Shown one piece after another: positions 25,591 to 36,555 of a stretch of DNA of 64,000 nucleotides. The translations under genes and the position numbers were made by a program. Below the pieces are notes generated by a model. The model was not told the DNA's origin, ran no database searches, and saw only the letters and a list, made by a program, of their open reading frames with translations. Each line of letters opens with the position of its first letter. Positions within the stretch are counted from its first letter, which is position 1. The DNA is from Ostrea edulis (taxonomy: Eukaryota): positions 88,846,001 to 88,910,000 of the forward strand of contig NC_079169.1 in assembly GCF_947568905.1 (NCBI RefSeq), written 5' to 3'.

Positions 25591-25739
25591 CAGGAAGATG
25601 AAACTTTTTGCAATGCTCCATTGTCATTTGTAGATGTGCATACTGTTGGGACAGGAAGATCCAATTGTTTTTCTAAACGTTATAGTGGATCTAAGAGGGG
25701 TGGAGAATGTAGAATGGCTTATGAACATGTCTCTTATAT

Positions 25740-25995
25740 GATTGATTGATAGTGTATTGTTTAATGTCTCTCTTGAGAATTTTTCATTTGTATGGAGATG
25801 AACCATAGCCGATGAAGGGCTGCAAATTTTTGGCCTATGCTCGGCGCTTACAGCCTTCTAGCAATGAAGGATCTTTATCGTGCCACACCTGCTGTGACAT
25901 GGGGCCTCGGTTTTTGCGGTCTCGTCAGAAGGATCGACCATTTACGACAAGGAAGGGGTATTGAGGACCTAGTTTAGTCTGGATCTCCATGTGAT
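25740..25995 (-). mobile_element. SINE-like dispersed repeat (family B)
   Basis: GAAGGGCTGCAAATTTTTGGCCTATGCTCGGCGCTTAC...GGGGTATTGAGGACCT; similar copies at 15200, 27745, 33008 and 36270. Confidence 0.75.
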
Positions 25996-26487
25996 CGTCG
26001 GCTCGTACTTGTGGGGCGCCATATTAACATAAAATCAATTGCTGAAGTTTGATCTCAATCCATTTAATGGTGCTAAATGTACAATTCGGTAAAATTTTGA
26101 AATGACATCTTCAATTCTGAATTGTGTGCACAGTGCTTTAATTGAATTATTAATGGCATTAATTATTCTGCTAAATGCATTGATATGCTAAATAATTGAA
26201 TTTTTGCTCTCTTATTAATGATAAAATAATGATAATTCCAATGTTATGTATTAAAATTGTTTTGATAGGACAAAAATAAATCTAAACGAGAATTTGCACA
26301 TCAATAAATCCAAAAACGCTATGCATACATGCGCGCCTGAAAACAATTTATAACATATAGTGCGGGGAAACTTCAAATTATTGAAACTGATAATACAGGG
26401 AACGAATTGGAATTGCAAGAATTAAACATTCTTTTTGAAGAATTTATCGATGTGTAAACTGGACATTTTACTCACAAACTTAACTAA

Positions 26488-27093
26488 AGCCCCGTTCACA
26501 TGCGCTGATTTACTCACGGGGTGCAAATTTTGCATATATGCTAAAATTGCACCCGTGTGTAAAAGTATATTTGCTATGCGTTCACATGGTACTTAACAAA
26601 TTGGGGTCAAATGGCAATGATTCTCAGTTTGATAAAGATGGCGGATTATTTTCGATTGAGAAGGAGGATTTCCCCTTGCTGTGTAGGCTTTGGTGACAAA
26701 TTTGATTGACCAAGATATGTCTACGACACTCTATGCAATATGATGTTTGCAGATATACGGTGTATTTATGAGAAAAGCGATATCATATTCGGTGATACAG
26801 CGTTTGCTCCTCTTCGGAGCCGATCCCTCGTGATCCACAGTGACGACTCCTCGAGTGTGACGTTGTATACGGTGTGTGCGTTCACATGACGAAAAGTACA
26901 CTAGGAGTAAATATACACATATGTAAAAGTAAATTTGCAACTGGTCTGAGTAGGTGCAGATTTACACCCGGGTGTATATTTGCACATATGCATATTTACT
27001 TTTGCATATATGCAATTGCGTTCACACGCTCAAATTTACACCCGGGTGCAGAATTTGCATCCCGTGAGTAAATCTGAGCATGTGAACGGGGCT
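26488..27093. mobile_element. PIF/Harbinger-like MITE inside a fold-back structure
   Basis: TIR AGCCCCGTTCACATG; left flank TAA. Outer inverted arms at 26421-26480 and 27119-27178. Confidence 0.65.
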
Positions 27094-27744
27094 GTAGAAG
27101 TGCTTCGCACTTTTATTCAGTTTGTGAGTAAAATGTCCAGAGTTTACACATCGATAAATTCTTCAAAAAGAGTTTAATCCTATAATATCAACAATTGATG
27201 TGCTTTACAATTCATTTGAAGAGAGAATTAATTCCATGCACAGATCAATTAATGCGCAATAATTGAATTTTTGCTCTTTGAATTAATGATATCAAAATTC
27301 AAATAATGTTCTCTTTAATTGGTTTACGAGCAATATTTCCTCCACATGGATGCGAGCATCAATGGAATTGACGAGAGCAATAATTGATTTGATGTGTGCA
27401 TCAATTCAGTTATTTTGTGCAATATTTGCAGAACAAGCTAGGATATAGTACATATTGTGGTCTACATTCTGATGACTGGACATTGTCAGGATCTTCGTCT
27501 TCGCGTGGACATTGTCAGGATCTTCGTCTTCGCGTGGACATTGTCAGGATCTTCGTCTTCGCTCAATACACGTTGAATGGTTGATATATTGGGTATCGTC
27601 ATGTTTTAAATTTGGCGCTCCATACTTACTATGTTCAAAGGTTAATTGTGACCGCATTTGAGCCGTGGTCAAGGTCAATGTATATATAACTTTAGCCGTG
27701 GTCAAGGTCAATATACATACATATTGCCAACTTTTGTTCATGAT

Positions 27745-27998
27745 TGATTGAATATTGTTTCACGTCCCTCGCGAGAATATTTCACTCATATGGAGACTGC
27801 CGGTGAAGGGCTGCAAAAATTTCGGCCTATGCTTGGCGCTTATGGCCATTGAGCAGGGAAGGATCTTTATCGTGCCACATCTGCTGTGACACGAGACCTC
27901 GGTTTTTACGGTCTCATTCGAAGGACCGCCCCATTTAGCCTTCTCTTACAACAAGCAAGGGGTACTGAAGACCTATTCTAACCCGGATCCCCACGGGA
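27745..27998 (-). mobile_element. SINE-like dispersed repeat (family B)
   Basis: Near-complete copy whose 5' end reads CCCGTGGGGATCCGGGTTAGAATAGG on the minus strand. Confidence 0.8.
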
Positions 27999-28639
27999 TA
28001 ACGAATTTGGACAATAAAGCAGGGGTGGCATTAAAAAGAGTTCACCATTACAAACAATTCACTGAGCAGTCAAAGAAAATTGGTGTGGGTAATTGGCATT
28101 ATTATCCAGGGTAAACCCTATAAAATTTGACCATTTGTTTGTGAAAATCAGTGGCATATGGCATTATTCTGGGTTTGCATAATAATGGGGACGTTAACAT
28201 GGGAAATCTGTTCTTTATGATTTTCAGGCAATAAGCAGGGGTGGCATTTTAACGGGGAACAATATATCGAGGGAGCACTGTATATAATTTTTAATTACCA
28301 GAAGTTCCTTGCGGCTGGAATCCGTAGAATTTGTAACTAAGGATATCCTGTTCACGCGAAGATGCGCACTTGCAATATCTACACTAATGCAAGAAGCTGT
28401 GCAATCGCATATTCTCGGGCCTTTCTGCGGCAAGCGGAACCCGAACTTGCCGGAAAGATCCGAGAAATTGCGAATCTCAATATGAAGACACTTCAACTAC
28501 ACAGTGATATAAGTGACAGGTGAAGAGGACAAACGTCTGGGTGATAATCATTAATTATACCCCCCCCCCCCCCTCGTGCACTGAATATGAGCGTTTTATT
28601 GAGGATTATGTTCCGCAATATATTTATTTCCAATGACGG

Positions 28640-29935
28640 ATATGTTGGTGAAGAAACACCTCTGCTTAGCGCTCATGGCCGTATCAGTGAGGGTTCTCTA
28701 TCGTGGCGTTGCCAACTCCTGCCGCGACACGGGACTTCCGTTTATCCGAAAGACCCGTGATTCTTACTTTTAACTTAGGTTTGACACGGCCATGGCACGA
28801 GCGGGGATCGAACACACCGTGGCGACCTCCCGGTTACAAAGTGAACGCACTACCACTGATATACCGCGACCGGTTTGTCTTGAAGGAGAGAACATTCAAT
28901 ATTGAGTGTAGTAAGAAATGCAAATGGGTGATATCTCCAATTCGAGTAGGTGGCATCACTATACGAATAAGTGATGTCACCTATTTGAGTAGGTGATACT
29001 AGTCTCACTATTTAAAAAAACGACACCTCATACATGTATGTAAGTGATTAATTAAGATTGCTACATGTGTTTAACCGTTGCGATGGCTGATCTTGTAAGA
29101 TAACGATATTAACCATGCACTATTAAAATTCACTTCTTGAAAAAGTAGTTACGAGTACAACATTGAGTCCTATAATGGTTGTTTGTTTATTTTACATCCC
29201 GTTGAGAATTTTCCACTCATATTGAGACGTCACCAGCTGTAGAAGTATTTATACCTATTCTCCTCATTTTTAAATGTTGTTCGAGAGCGTCTGGCGAACT
29301 AGCAATCGCTACTGATTTTTACGTCATAGCACGAGCGGGGCTCGAACTCACGACCTCCCGGTTATGAAATTAACGCTCTACCACTGAGCTTCCGCGACCG
29401 ATTCTGTTGGTATGTCATTGAATGAAGATGAGTCATCACAATCACAAATGTGTCTAACATAAGTGGTCAAGCGCCCGGCATTAGCTGTAAGTGGTCCCTT
29501 CCACGATAATTTTTCACTCATATTGAGATATTACCAGTTGTAGGTGAAGTACCACAAATTTATAGCTATGCTTAGCGCTCAGGACCATGGCGGTATTGTG
29601 CCGACGCCTGCCGCGACACGGGACCTCCGTTTTAAAGGTCATATCCGAAAGATCCGTGATTCTCACGAAAAGTCACGGGTTTTTCGAAATACATGCATGA
29701 CCTTAGAAACGGAGGTCGTGGCAGGCATGGGCACGTTAAAGAACTCCATTATGACCTGGGGCTTCATGCATATGTCAACTTTTGTAGCACTTGACTAGTC
29801 TGGCGCATGCCTGACCCAATTTCCGCTACGCTACATTGGGTCAGGCATGCGCCAGACTAGCACTTGACCTACAACTGGTGACGCATCTACAGAGTGAAAA
29901 ATTCTCGAAAGGGACGTAAAACAACATATCTAAAC
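28640..29935. mobile_element. Cluster of tRNA-headed SINE (family A) fragments
   Basis: Heads at about 28870 and 29400 (minus strand GGTCGCGGAAGCTCAGTGGTAGAGCG...GAGTTCGAGCCCC); body fragments at 29490-29680 and 29700-29935. Confidence 0.7.
29796..29859. mobile_element. 64-bp hairpin MITE with 9-bp TSD
   Basis: 25-bp perfect TIR TAGTCTGGCGCATGCCTGACCCAAT with a 14-nt loop; GCACTTGAC at 29787-29795 and 29860-29868. Confidence 0.9.
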
Positions 29936-30131
29936 CTAACGTTTGTGTGACTGGGTCGATCTGTCTAAACCTGACGTTTGTGTGACTGGGTCGATCTTAA
30001 ACCTGACGTTTGTGTGGCTGGGTCGATCTGTCTAAACCTGACGTTTGTGTGACTGGGTCGATCTTAAACCTGACGTTTGTGTGGCTGGGTCGATCTGTCT
30101 AAACCTGACGTTTGTGTGACTGGGTCGATCT
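29930..30131. repeat. 31/35-bp alternating minisatellite
   Basis: TAAACCTGACGTTTGTGTGACTGGGTCGATC(TGTC), about 6 copies. Confidence 0.9.
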
Positions 30132-30324
30132 GGAGGTCGTCTACAGTAGTGGGAATCCCCGAAGAAACACTAAACGATTGTGTTACACACATCCAATAAA
30201 TTCAGGAACGGCAAGCGTGCAGTCTTTTCCTAGGTGTGTTTGCTCTTGTTTATGCATTATAATATATAATGTTTAGATATCAAGAATAGTAAAATATACT
30301 ACATTCATTTTATTATAGGGACAG

Positions 30325-30545
30325 TGGCGAAAAGGTGAAGATAACCAACAGTGATCAATCTCATAACTCCTATAATATAAACAATGCAAAATCAAGAGTA
30401 GGATAAACACGGACCCCTGGATATACCAGAAGTAAGATCAGGTACTTAGGAGGAGTAAGCATCCGCCGTCGATCGGTCACATCCGCTGTGAGTCCTATAT
30501 ATCTCGATCTGTTAAACTGGGTAATCAGTGGTCAAAATGAGTGAT
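30325..30545. mobile_element. Dispersed repeat, probable Penelope-like element end fragment
   Basis: GAAAAGGTGAAGATAAC.AACAGTGATCAATCTCATAACTCC...GGAGGAGTAAGCATCC; homologous copies at 33295-33440 (inverted) and 34866-35075. Family assignment is from memory only. Confidence 0.5.
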
Positions 30546-30639
30546 CTCAGTATAATTTGCATATTTTTGTTGGGTTAGATTTTCGTGGTTTGAGAAAGTT
30601 ATGTTTTTGTGGGAATTTGATGATTGTGTTTATTGTACA

Positions 30640-30955
30640 TAGTCCAGTTTCTCTGTTCGTGGTGGATTGTGGGTATATGTAATTCAGTTTCTTCGTTCGT
30701 GGTGGATTGTGGGTAGTTCAGTTTCTCTGTTCGAGGAGGATTGTGGGTAGTTCAGTTTTTCTGTTAGTGGAGGGTTGTGGGTAGTTCAGTTTCTCTGTTC
30801 GGAGAAGATTGTGGGAAGTTCAGTTTCTCCGATCGTGGAGAATTGTGGATAGTTCAGTTTCTCTGTTCGGGGAGGATTGTGGGTAGTTCAGTTTCTCTGT
30901 TCGGGGAGGATTGTGGGTAGTTCCGTTTCTCTGTTCGGGGAGGATTGTGGGTGAG
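30640..30955. repeat. ~31-bp minisatellite
   Basis: AGTTCAGTTTCTCTGTTCGGGGAGGATTGTGGGT-type unit, about 9 copies. Confidence 0.9.
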
Positions 30956-31174
30956 CCCATATCACGAAAACATGCACAAATATTATTGATTTTGAAACAT
31001 TTACAACGCACAGTTGGAGCCGTCTCAGAGTTACGTAGTTCACATAAAAATGATAATGATAAAAATAAATAGATAGACAAATAAACAGCCACTAATTGTT
31101 ATCTGAAATGTCAAACAAATTAAAAGTAGCTCGACGTATTTAGAATTGAACACTTTTCTAACAAAGACGTGTTG

Positions 31175-34125
31175 TTATGTAATTGTTTGGCTCAGTAAGT
31201 GACCAGTGAACTGGGATCGCACGTGCCCGATCAGTCCATTATTATCCCCCATCCACTGGACCCACACTCTGTCGCCATCATCCAGGAAAATGTAGCTCGT
31301 GGCGGAAGCCATTGCTCCGTCCCTGTCGATAAAACGTCCAGATATATGGGCGAAAGGTTGACTGTTTCTGTAGATGGCGGCTCTCACCGCTCGGTTCGTG
31401 GACTCGATGGATGCCGATATCGTGTAGATGCCGCTAGTTGTGGCAGTGAACACGCCTGTCCTCGGGTCGAAGCCCCGTCCCTCGTTCAGCTGGATGTCGT
31501 TGAAAATGATAATATTTCTGGTTGACACTGCAAGGTCTCTGGATAATTTTGCCACAAAGACGACCAGAGTAGGTGTTTGAAGTCCAGTAGGCCCTGAAAA
31601 TTAAAACAAAAATCGAAAAATCACCAGTTGTGTCAGGTTTTAAGCGGTAATATGGCTTCTCCGCAATTTTATGATTCATCACTATGTGATAGTTGAATCG
31701 CCCAGAAATTCTGTGGAAGAAACGTTGCAAAAGGAATGTTTCGAATTTTATCTAAGATTGCCGAGATCGGGGGCGTCACAACATTTTATTGATTCCAATT
31801 TAACTGTAGCGAAGGTCCTTCTGAACAGCCTTGCTTGCTGCTGCTTTAAATGATAGCAGCTTTTCACAGCTACAACGAAAATGGTCTACAATGGAGCAGG
31901 TGCAGGTATTTTGAAATGTTTTCCTTAAACTAATGCATGTGTTTAAGGACACTTGAAACAAACAAATTTCCTTCTTCAACTAATGTGTTTAAGGACACTT
32001 GGAACCAACAATTTTCATTCTTCATCTAATGTATTTAAGGACACTTGGTACGAACAAATTTCCTTCTTCAACTAATGTGTCTAAGGCCATTTGGTACAAA
32101 CCAATTTCCTTTTTCAACTAATGTGTTTAAGGACAATTGGTACAAATTTCCTTCTTCAACTAATGTGTTTAAGGCACTTGGATCAAACAAATTTCCTTTT
32201 TCAGCTAATGAGTTTAGGGACATTTCGTACAAACAAATTTCCTTCTTCAACTAATGTGTTTAATGACACTTGGTACATATTTCCTTTTTCAACTGATGTG
32301 TTTAAGGACACTTGGTACAAACAAATTTCCTTTTTCAGCTAATGAGTTTAAGGACATTTGGTACAAACAAATTTCCTTCTTCAGCTAATGTGTTTAATGA
32401 CACTTGGTACAAATTTCCTTTTTCAACTAATGAGTTTAAGGCACTTGGTACAAACAAATTTCCTTTTTCAGCTAATGAGTTTAGGGACATTTCGTACAAA
32501 CAAATTTCCTTCTTCAACTAATGTGTTTAATGACACTTGGTACATATTTCCTTTTTCAACTGATGTGTTTAAGGACACTTGGTACAAACAAATTTCCTTT
32601 TTCAGCTAATGAGTTTAGGGACATTTCGTACAAACAAATTTCCTTCTTCAACTAATGTGTTTAATGACACTTGGTACATATTTCCTTTTTCAACTGATGT
32701 GTTTAAGGACAATTGGTACAAACAAATTTCCTTTTTCAGCTAATGAGTTTAAGGACATTTGGTACAAACAAATTTCCTTCTTCAACTAATGTGTTTAATG
32801 ACACTTGGTACAAATTTCCTTTTTCAACTAATGAGTTTAAGGCACTTGGTACAAACAAATTTCCTTCTTCAACTAATGTAATTACTGTTACTAGTATTTC
32901 AGTTTATACAGCTACTAGCATTACATTTTCACTAACTTACTAATTAAACAGCTACTAGCATTACATTTTCACTAATTTACTAATTAAACAGCTACTAGTA
33001 GATCAATCCCGTGGGGATCCGGGTAAGAATAGGTCCTCAGTACCCCTTACTTGTTGTAAGAGGTGACTAAATGGGGTGGTCCTTCGGATGAGATATATAA
33101 TTTGTCGCCATATAAGTGAAAAATTCTCGAAAGGGAATCAAACAATATACAATCAATCAATCAATACTAGTAGATCATCTTCACTAGCTGTATAATCAAT
33201 AAGCTAGTGAAGATGAACTATTAGTAGCTGTATAAATACTAGTAACTGTATAAGCTACAAGTATTTATCTCCATTAGCTTATTAATTATTCTGACCGGTC
33301 GACAGGGGATGCTTACTCCTCCTAGGCACCTGATCCCACCTCTGGTATATCCAGGGGTCTGTGTTTGCCCAACTATCTATTTTGTACTCCTTATATGAGT
33401 TATGAGATTGATCGCTGTTCGTTATATTCACCTTTCCTGAAACCGTTCATGTAAATTTGTATTATGAACAAGTTATGAAATCATTACACGAATACATGAA
33501 ACTAATGAATGAGAATACTTGTCTTGTTGATCTGGTTCAGTGTGGACACTATGGTAGACTGGTGGTTGGAAATTTCCAGGAACTTGTTCTCCAGGACAAT
33601 ATCGTTGTTTCTGAGAGAGGCAAAGTTGCGATTGGTCATGTCCGATATACTGGTCACTTCTCCGGTCACGTTGCTGATTCCCGTGGACAACACAGCGGTG
33701 TTATTGTCCAGTTTAACATTAGTCTTGTCCACGGTTTTCACCAGGTCCGAATTCATATTTTGCAAGTCCGAATACTTTGAAGTTTGGTCATTAATTTCGA
33801 TTTTAGTTTGCTGTGTTGCGTTTTCTAGTAGTTGTATCCGCGCTGTTGCCTGCTGGAATTGAATTTTCAGACTGTCATAGTTCTGTTTTAAAACACCGAA
33901 ATTCGTCTGAAAGTTAGTAACAGTAGTTTCCACGAATCGTAGCCGGCTCTCCAGCGTGTTTAGTTCCTTCTGAAGCTCTTTATTAATGTCGGTTTGTTCG
34001 ATATTAGGCACACGTTCAGATCCATTACCAGAATTCGTCGTAGACGAATTTCCAAGCGATTCACCAAAAGAGTAAATCAAATAAGCAGAAAGAACAATTT
34101 TTGCCGACAAATTCATCATGCACAT
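31175..34125 (-). CDS. Secreted C1q domain-containing protein (signal peptide + coiled coil + gC1q), about 341 aa
   Basis: Exon 1 33519-34125 has a hydrophobic leader (KIVLSAYLIYSFGES) and a heptad-rich stretch (LQKELNTLESRLRFVE...). Donor at 33518 and acceptor at 31594 are in phase. Exon 2 31175-31593 encodes gC1q motifs IIFNDIQLNEGRGFDPRTGVFTATTSGIYTIS, LDDGDRVWV and SQFTGHLL. The start ATG could be 34125, 34119 or 34116. Confidence 0.9.
31930..32880. repeat. 42/46-bp composite minisatellite in the C1q gene intron
   Basis: GGTAC(AAAC)AAATTTCCTTYTTCAACTAATGTGTTTAAGGACACTT, about 21 copies with higher-order periodicity. It explains the ORFs at 32045-32943. Confidence 0.95.
33008..33164 (+). 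mobile_element. Internally deleted family-B SINE-like copy with 13-bp TSD
   Basis: CCCGTGGGGATCCGGG...AATCAATCAA flanked by TACTAGTAGATCA at 32993-33005 and 33165-33177. Confidence 0.8.
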
Positions 34126-36269
34126 GTACACTTCCTAGAAAATACGGAATACTGGACGTACGAGCCGGCGTCTCACTTTGATATACAGTACTTGACCACA
34201 ATGACATGACATTGTTCTGAGTGACTCTTTAATACCGTGGAACTTTTGTCCTCTATATTTCTTATCTTGTAGTATAGGTAGTGTTCAGGTTGTCCGTTTT
34301 CTATTGTCTAGCACAGTGCATGGTCAATGCACGTGGTAGAATGCACACCTGTGCTGCATTTACGTCGTGCAAAGACTCGAAATCGTCATAGATAAGGATT
34401 TTACGGGAATTTAGAGCATTCGAAAGAATCTGTTGTTCAGTGCGCGCATTGAACTAAGGTTAGGTTTAATCGTACTGAGTAGCGTTATACAGCATGCAAA
34501 TTCTGGAATGTTCCTAAAATGTGACTATACTTTTGCAATATCAACGAGACGTAAGTCTAGAAAAAAAAAATACCAGCAGTTCTAAATGTTCAATCCATCA
34601 CAAATTTGATAAAAAGAAAAGAAATAAACATACAAAATCACGTACGTTTATTTTATCAGCACATGGTACAAGTGAATGGAGAAGTTTAGATACAACCAGT
34701 TTTCGTTAGTAACAACATCGCTCAGCATTTCCCTCATTTTAAGCCGAGAAAAAACCTCAGGTGTAGACCAAGAGTATATATGTGAATCGCCTCCGGTGTT
34801 TTACCGACTACGCGGGACAAATGCGACAGAAACTAAAATCTTGCTGTCATTTCTTCTCATCTTTTAGAGATAACGAACAGTGATCAATCTCAATCTATAA
34901 GCAAAACAAAATAGAGAGTTGGGCAAACACGAACCTTTGGATACGTATATCTGAGGTGGGATCAGGTGCTCAGGAGGAGTAAGCATCCTCTGTTGACCGA
35001 TCACACCCGCTGTGAGCTGAAGAGCCCTATATCTTGATCAGGTAAACGGAGTTATCCGTAGTCAAAAACAGTGTGACTAAACAGTGTCAGAACGGCCCAA
35101 ATCCTTTAATATGCTTTATTTTATTTTTAAGTACATAGCATTTTAATGGAATAAAGTGTTTCATTCGAGAAATGGCAGTTTCAAGTTTACGTCCAGCATT
35201 GCATGTAAACAGATGATGGCCACTTTCTAAAACTGTGTAGATATTGGGACTAAAGAAAGACATGGAAATCACTGTCCGTCCGTCCGTTGCTGTCTTAGAC
35301 TCAATGACACGCAGTGATTTGGATTTATTTGAGATTTCCATAGCATATAAAGGTAATGCTCAGATTCCTATAGTAATCACTCTGTCTGTCTGTCCGTCAT
35401 CTACGGCACGCGCCATGATGATTTATTAAATAAGTTTTCCTGTGAATATTTTCATAGATTGCTTGAACTAGGCAGAAGGCCCATTATGTCTCCCCTCTTC
35501 CAGTGGGAGACATACTGTTTTGTACTTTCCGTCCGTCTGTCTGTCACAAAATCTCACAGGCACTTGTTCCATACATGCCCCCACCTCCTTAATGTATGAA
35601 ACAAGTGCCTGTGCAAAATCTAGTGAACGCTTCTACTCCTATATGGCTTATCGGATAGACTTGAAACTTTGTACAGTGCTTCATTGCCATTTGCAGATGT
35701 GCATATTGTTGGGACAGGAGGATCTAATTATTTTCTAAAAGTTATAGTGGATCTGATGGGTGGAGGGTGTAAAATAGTTTACAAACACTTCTCCTATGTG
35801 GCTTATCAGAGTTCATAATGTATATGTTCTTCTCCGTGCTTTCTCCTCCATACCATGCAATACATGTACATTAAGAGGAGCAAGTTTCATTTGGTGCACT
35901 TCCAATTTGGGAAGCTGGGAATACATTTGATTTTCATAAAAACAATCTCTAGTTAACGTTTGTTTCGATTAACCTCTTTCCAGGTGGCGTTTCGCATGCC
36001 GTCAACGCCCCACGTCATAATTTTTAGATTACGTGATATAAGCAATAGTAACGTGTAATCGATGCAGTACCGCAAGGACGCCAGTGAAAACAAATAATAA
36101 ATGGTCTGTTTTGTAAGAAAAACGTGGGTTTATTTACTTTCACATGGAATTCGGTACGCATATATTCATTTGTAGGGAAGCAATTTGTAAATCCGCCATG
36201 TGTCTTATTGTTTTTGGTCTCCTTCAATACCGCGCGCTTATCCATCGATCTTACCGAAAACGCAATCGT

Positions 36270-36555
36270 TATATGATTGATTGTAGAGTGTTTAACGTAC
36301 CGCTCGAGAATATTTCACTCACATGGAGACGCCACCTATGGCTTTCCATAGCCACCACTGCCGGTGAAGGGCTGCAAAATTTCGGCCTATGCTCGGCGCT
36401 TATGACCTTTGAGCAGGGAGGGATCTTTATCGTGCTACACCTGCTGACACGGGACCTCGGTTTTTGCGGTCTCATCCGTAGGACCGCCCCATTTAGTCGC
36501 CTTCTACGACAAGCAAGGGGTACTGAGGACCTATTGTAAGCCGGATCCCCACGGA
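36270..36555 (-). mobile_element. SINE-like dispersed repeat (family B)
   Basis: Full-length-like copy with an ATTG-type tail at 36270 and a CCGTGGGGATCCGG head at 36555. Confidence 0.8.

Noticed and set aside
32045-32943. Multiple overlapping ORFs in the C1q intron
   Set aside because: They arise from a 42/46-bp minisatellite and have no splice context or protein-like composition.
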